From Octopus bimaculoides (taxonomy: Eukaryota), in contig NC_068983.1 in the NCBI RefSeq assembly GCF_001194135.2, forward strand, positions 73,391,922-73,455,921: 64,000 nucleotides of DNA, read 5' to 3'. Shown here one piece after another: positions 63,380 through 64,000 of this stretch. The notes beneath the pieces were generated by a model. That model searched no databases, was not told the DNA's origin, and saw nothing but the letters and a program-made list of their open reading frames with translations. The first letter of the stretch is position 1. Each line of letters opens with the position of its first letter. Made by a program: the position numbers and the translations under genes.

Positions 63380-63620
63380 TTGCATGGTCGGGTTGTCGGC
63401 GACTAAACTGGCAACTCCATCAAGCTTGCTTGGTGAAGCGGGTGATTGTTGGATACACTGCAGGGCGAAAAATAAGACCTGTCAAAGGGCGGGAGAGCTC
63501 ATGAGCAGTCAACAGCCATCCAACAATATGTGTATGTATGCACGTATGTATGCGTGGGGATGTGGAAATAACTGGGTTAGTGACCAGGTGCGTGGTCGAC
63601 CCACCGGATCTCTAAGCAAC
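63380..63620 (+). mobile_element. Probable RTE-type LINE 5' UTR fragment
   Basis: GGCGACTAAACTGGCAAC and CAGTCAACAGCCATCCAAC motifs; a related piece lies at 50845-50910. Assignment is from recall. Confidence 0.35.
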
Positions 63621-63880
63621 CAGTTACAGGCAAGTAAAGACATGCATTGTAATAGGACCAAGCGAAACCGAGATTATTGAGCGCGATACATTTTGATTCA
63701 CCACAACCAGTTGTAGAGTATCACACCCGCGAGAGACCGTTGCAAAATGGGTCGAAACGATCATTGTGATTAATAAAGAAACTTGTGAATTGGAATTCTC
63801 TGTTTCTATTATATTGTTATATATACACACATATATAAATGCATGCGTGTGCATGTATGCAAATATATTATGTAGGTATA

Positions 63881-64000
63881 CTCTTTTACTTGTTTCAGTC
63901 ATTTGACTGTGGCCATGCTGGAGCACCGCCTTTAGTCGAGCAAATCGACCCCAGGACTTATTCTTTGTAAGCTTAGTACTTATTCTATCGGTCTCTTTTG
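63881..64000 (-). mobile_element. SINE family A, 3' end (runs off the window)
   Basis: Exact reverse-complement tail CTCTTTTACTTGTTTCAGTCATTTGACTG... Confidence 0.85.

Overview
This is an AT-rich animal genomic scaffold with about 20 N-gaps (roughly 7.5 kb), almost all flanked by microsatellites. The tRNA-derived SINE families resemble those known from Octopus (OK/OR-type), so a coleoid cephalopod origin is likely; this is inference from recall, not a database match. No intact protein-coding gene is supportable, and nearly every ORF in the track is a gap or microsatellite artefact. The window is a dense transposon graveyard containing: three tRNA-SINE families; an R4/Dong-clade RLE LINE with an inverted 5' part; an RTE fragment; a Penelope-like (Naiad-like) RT/GIY-YIG remnant; three mariner derivatives; two solo LTRs of one family with clean 5-bp TSDs; and two inverted pairs of an unclassified element family, the younger pair carrying (TTAGGG)4. 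One CpG-retaining promoter-like site (two TCACGTGA E-boxes plus a CCAAT box) with a probable minus-strand first exon lies at about 9.4-10.1 kb. The most interesting non-obvious signal is a set of type I hammerhead ribozyme motifs from several unrelated sequence families. One is structurally intact (63144-63215, minus strand), three are near-intact and two are decayed, pointing to Penelope pLTRs or retrozyme-like elements. Genomic hammerheads in animals are known in general, and I cannot establish novelty without searches.
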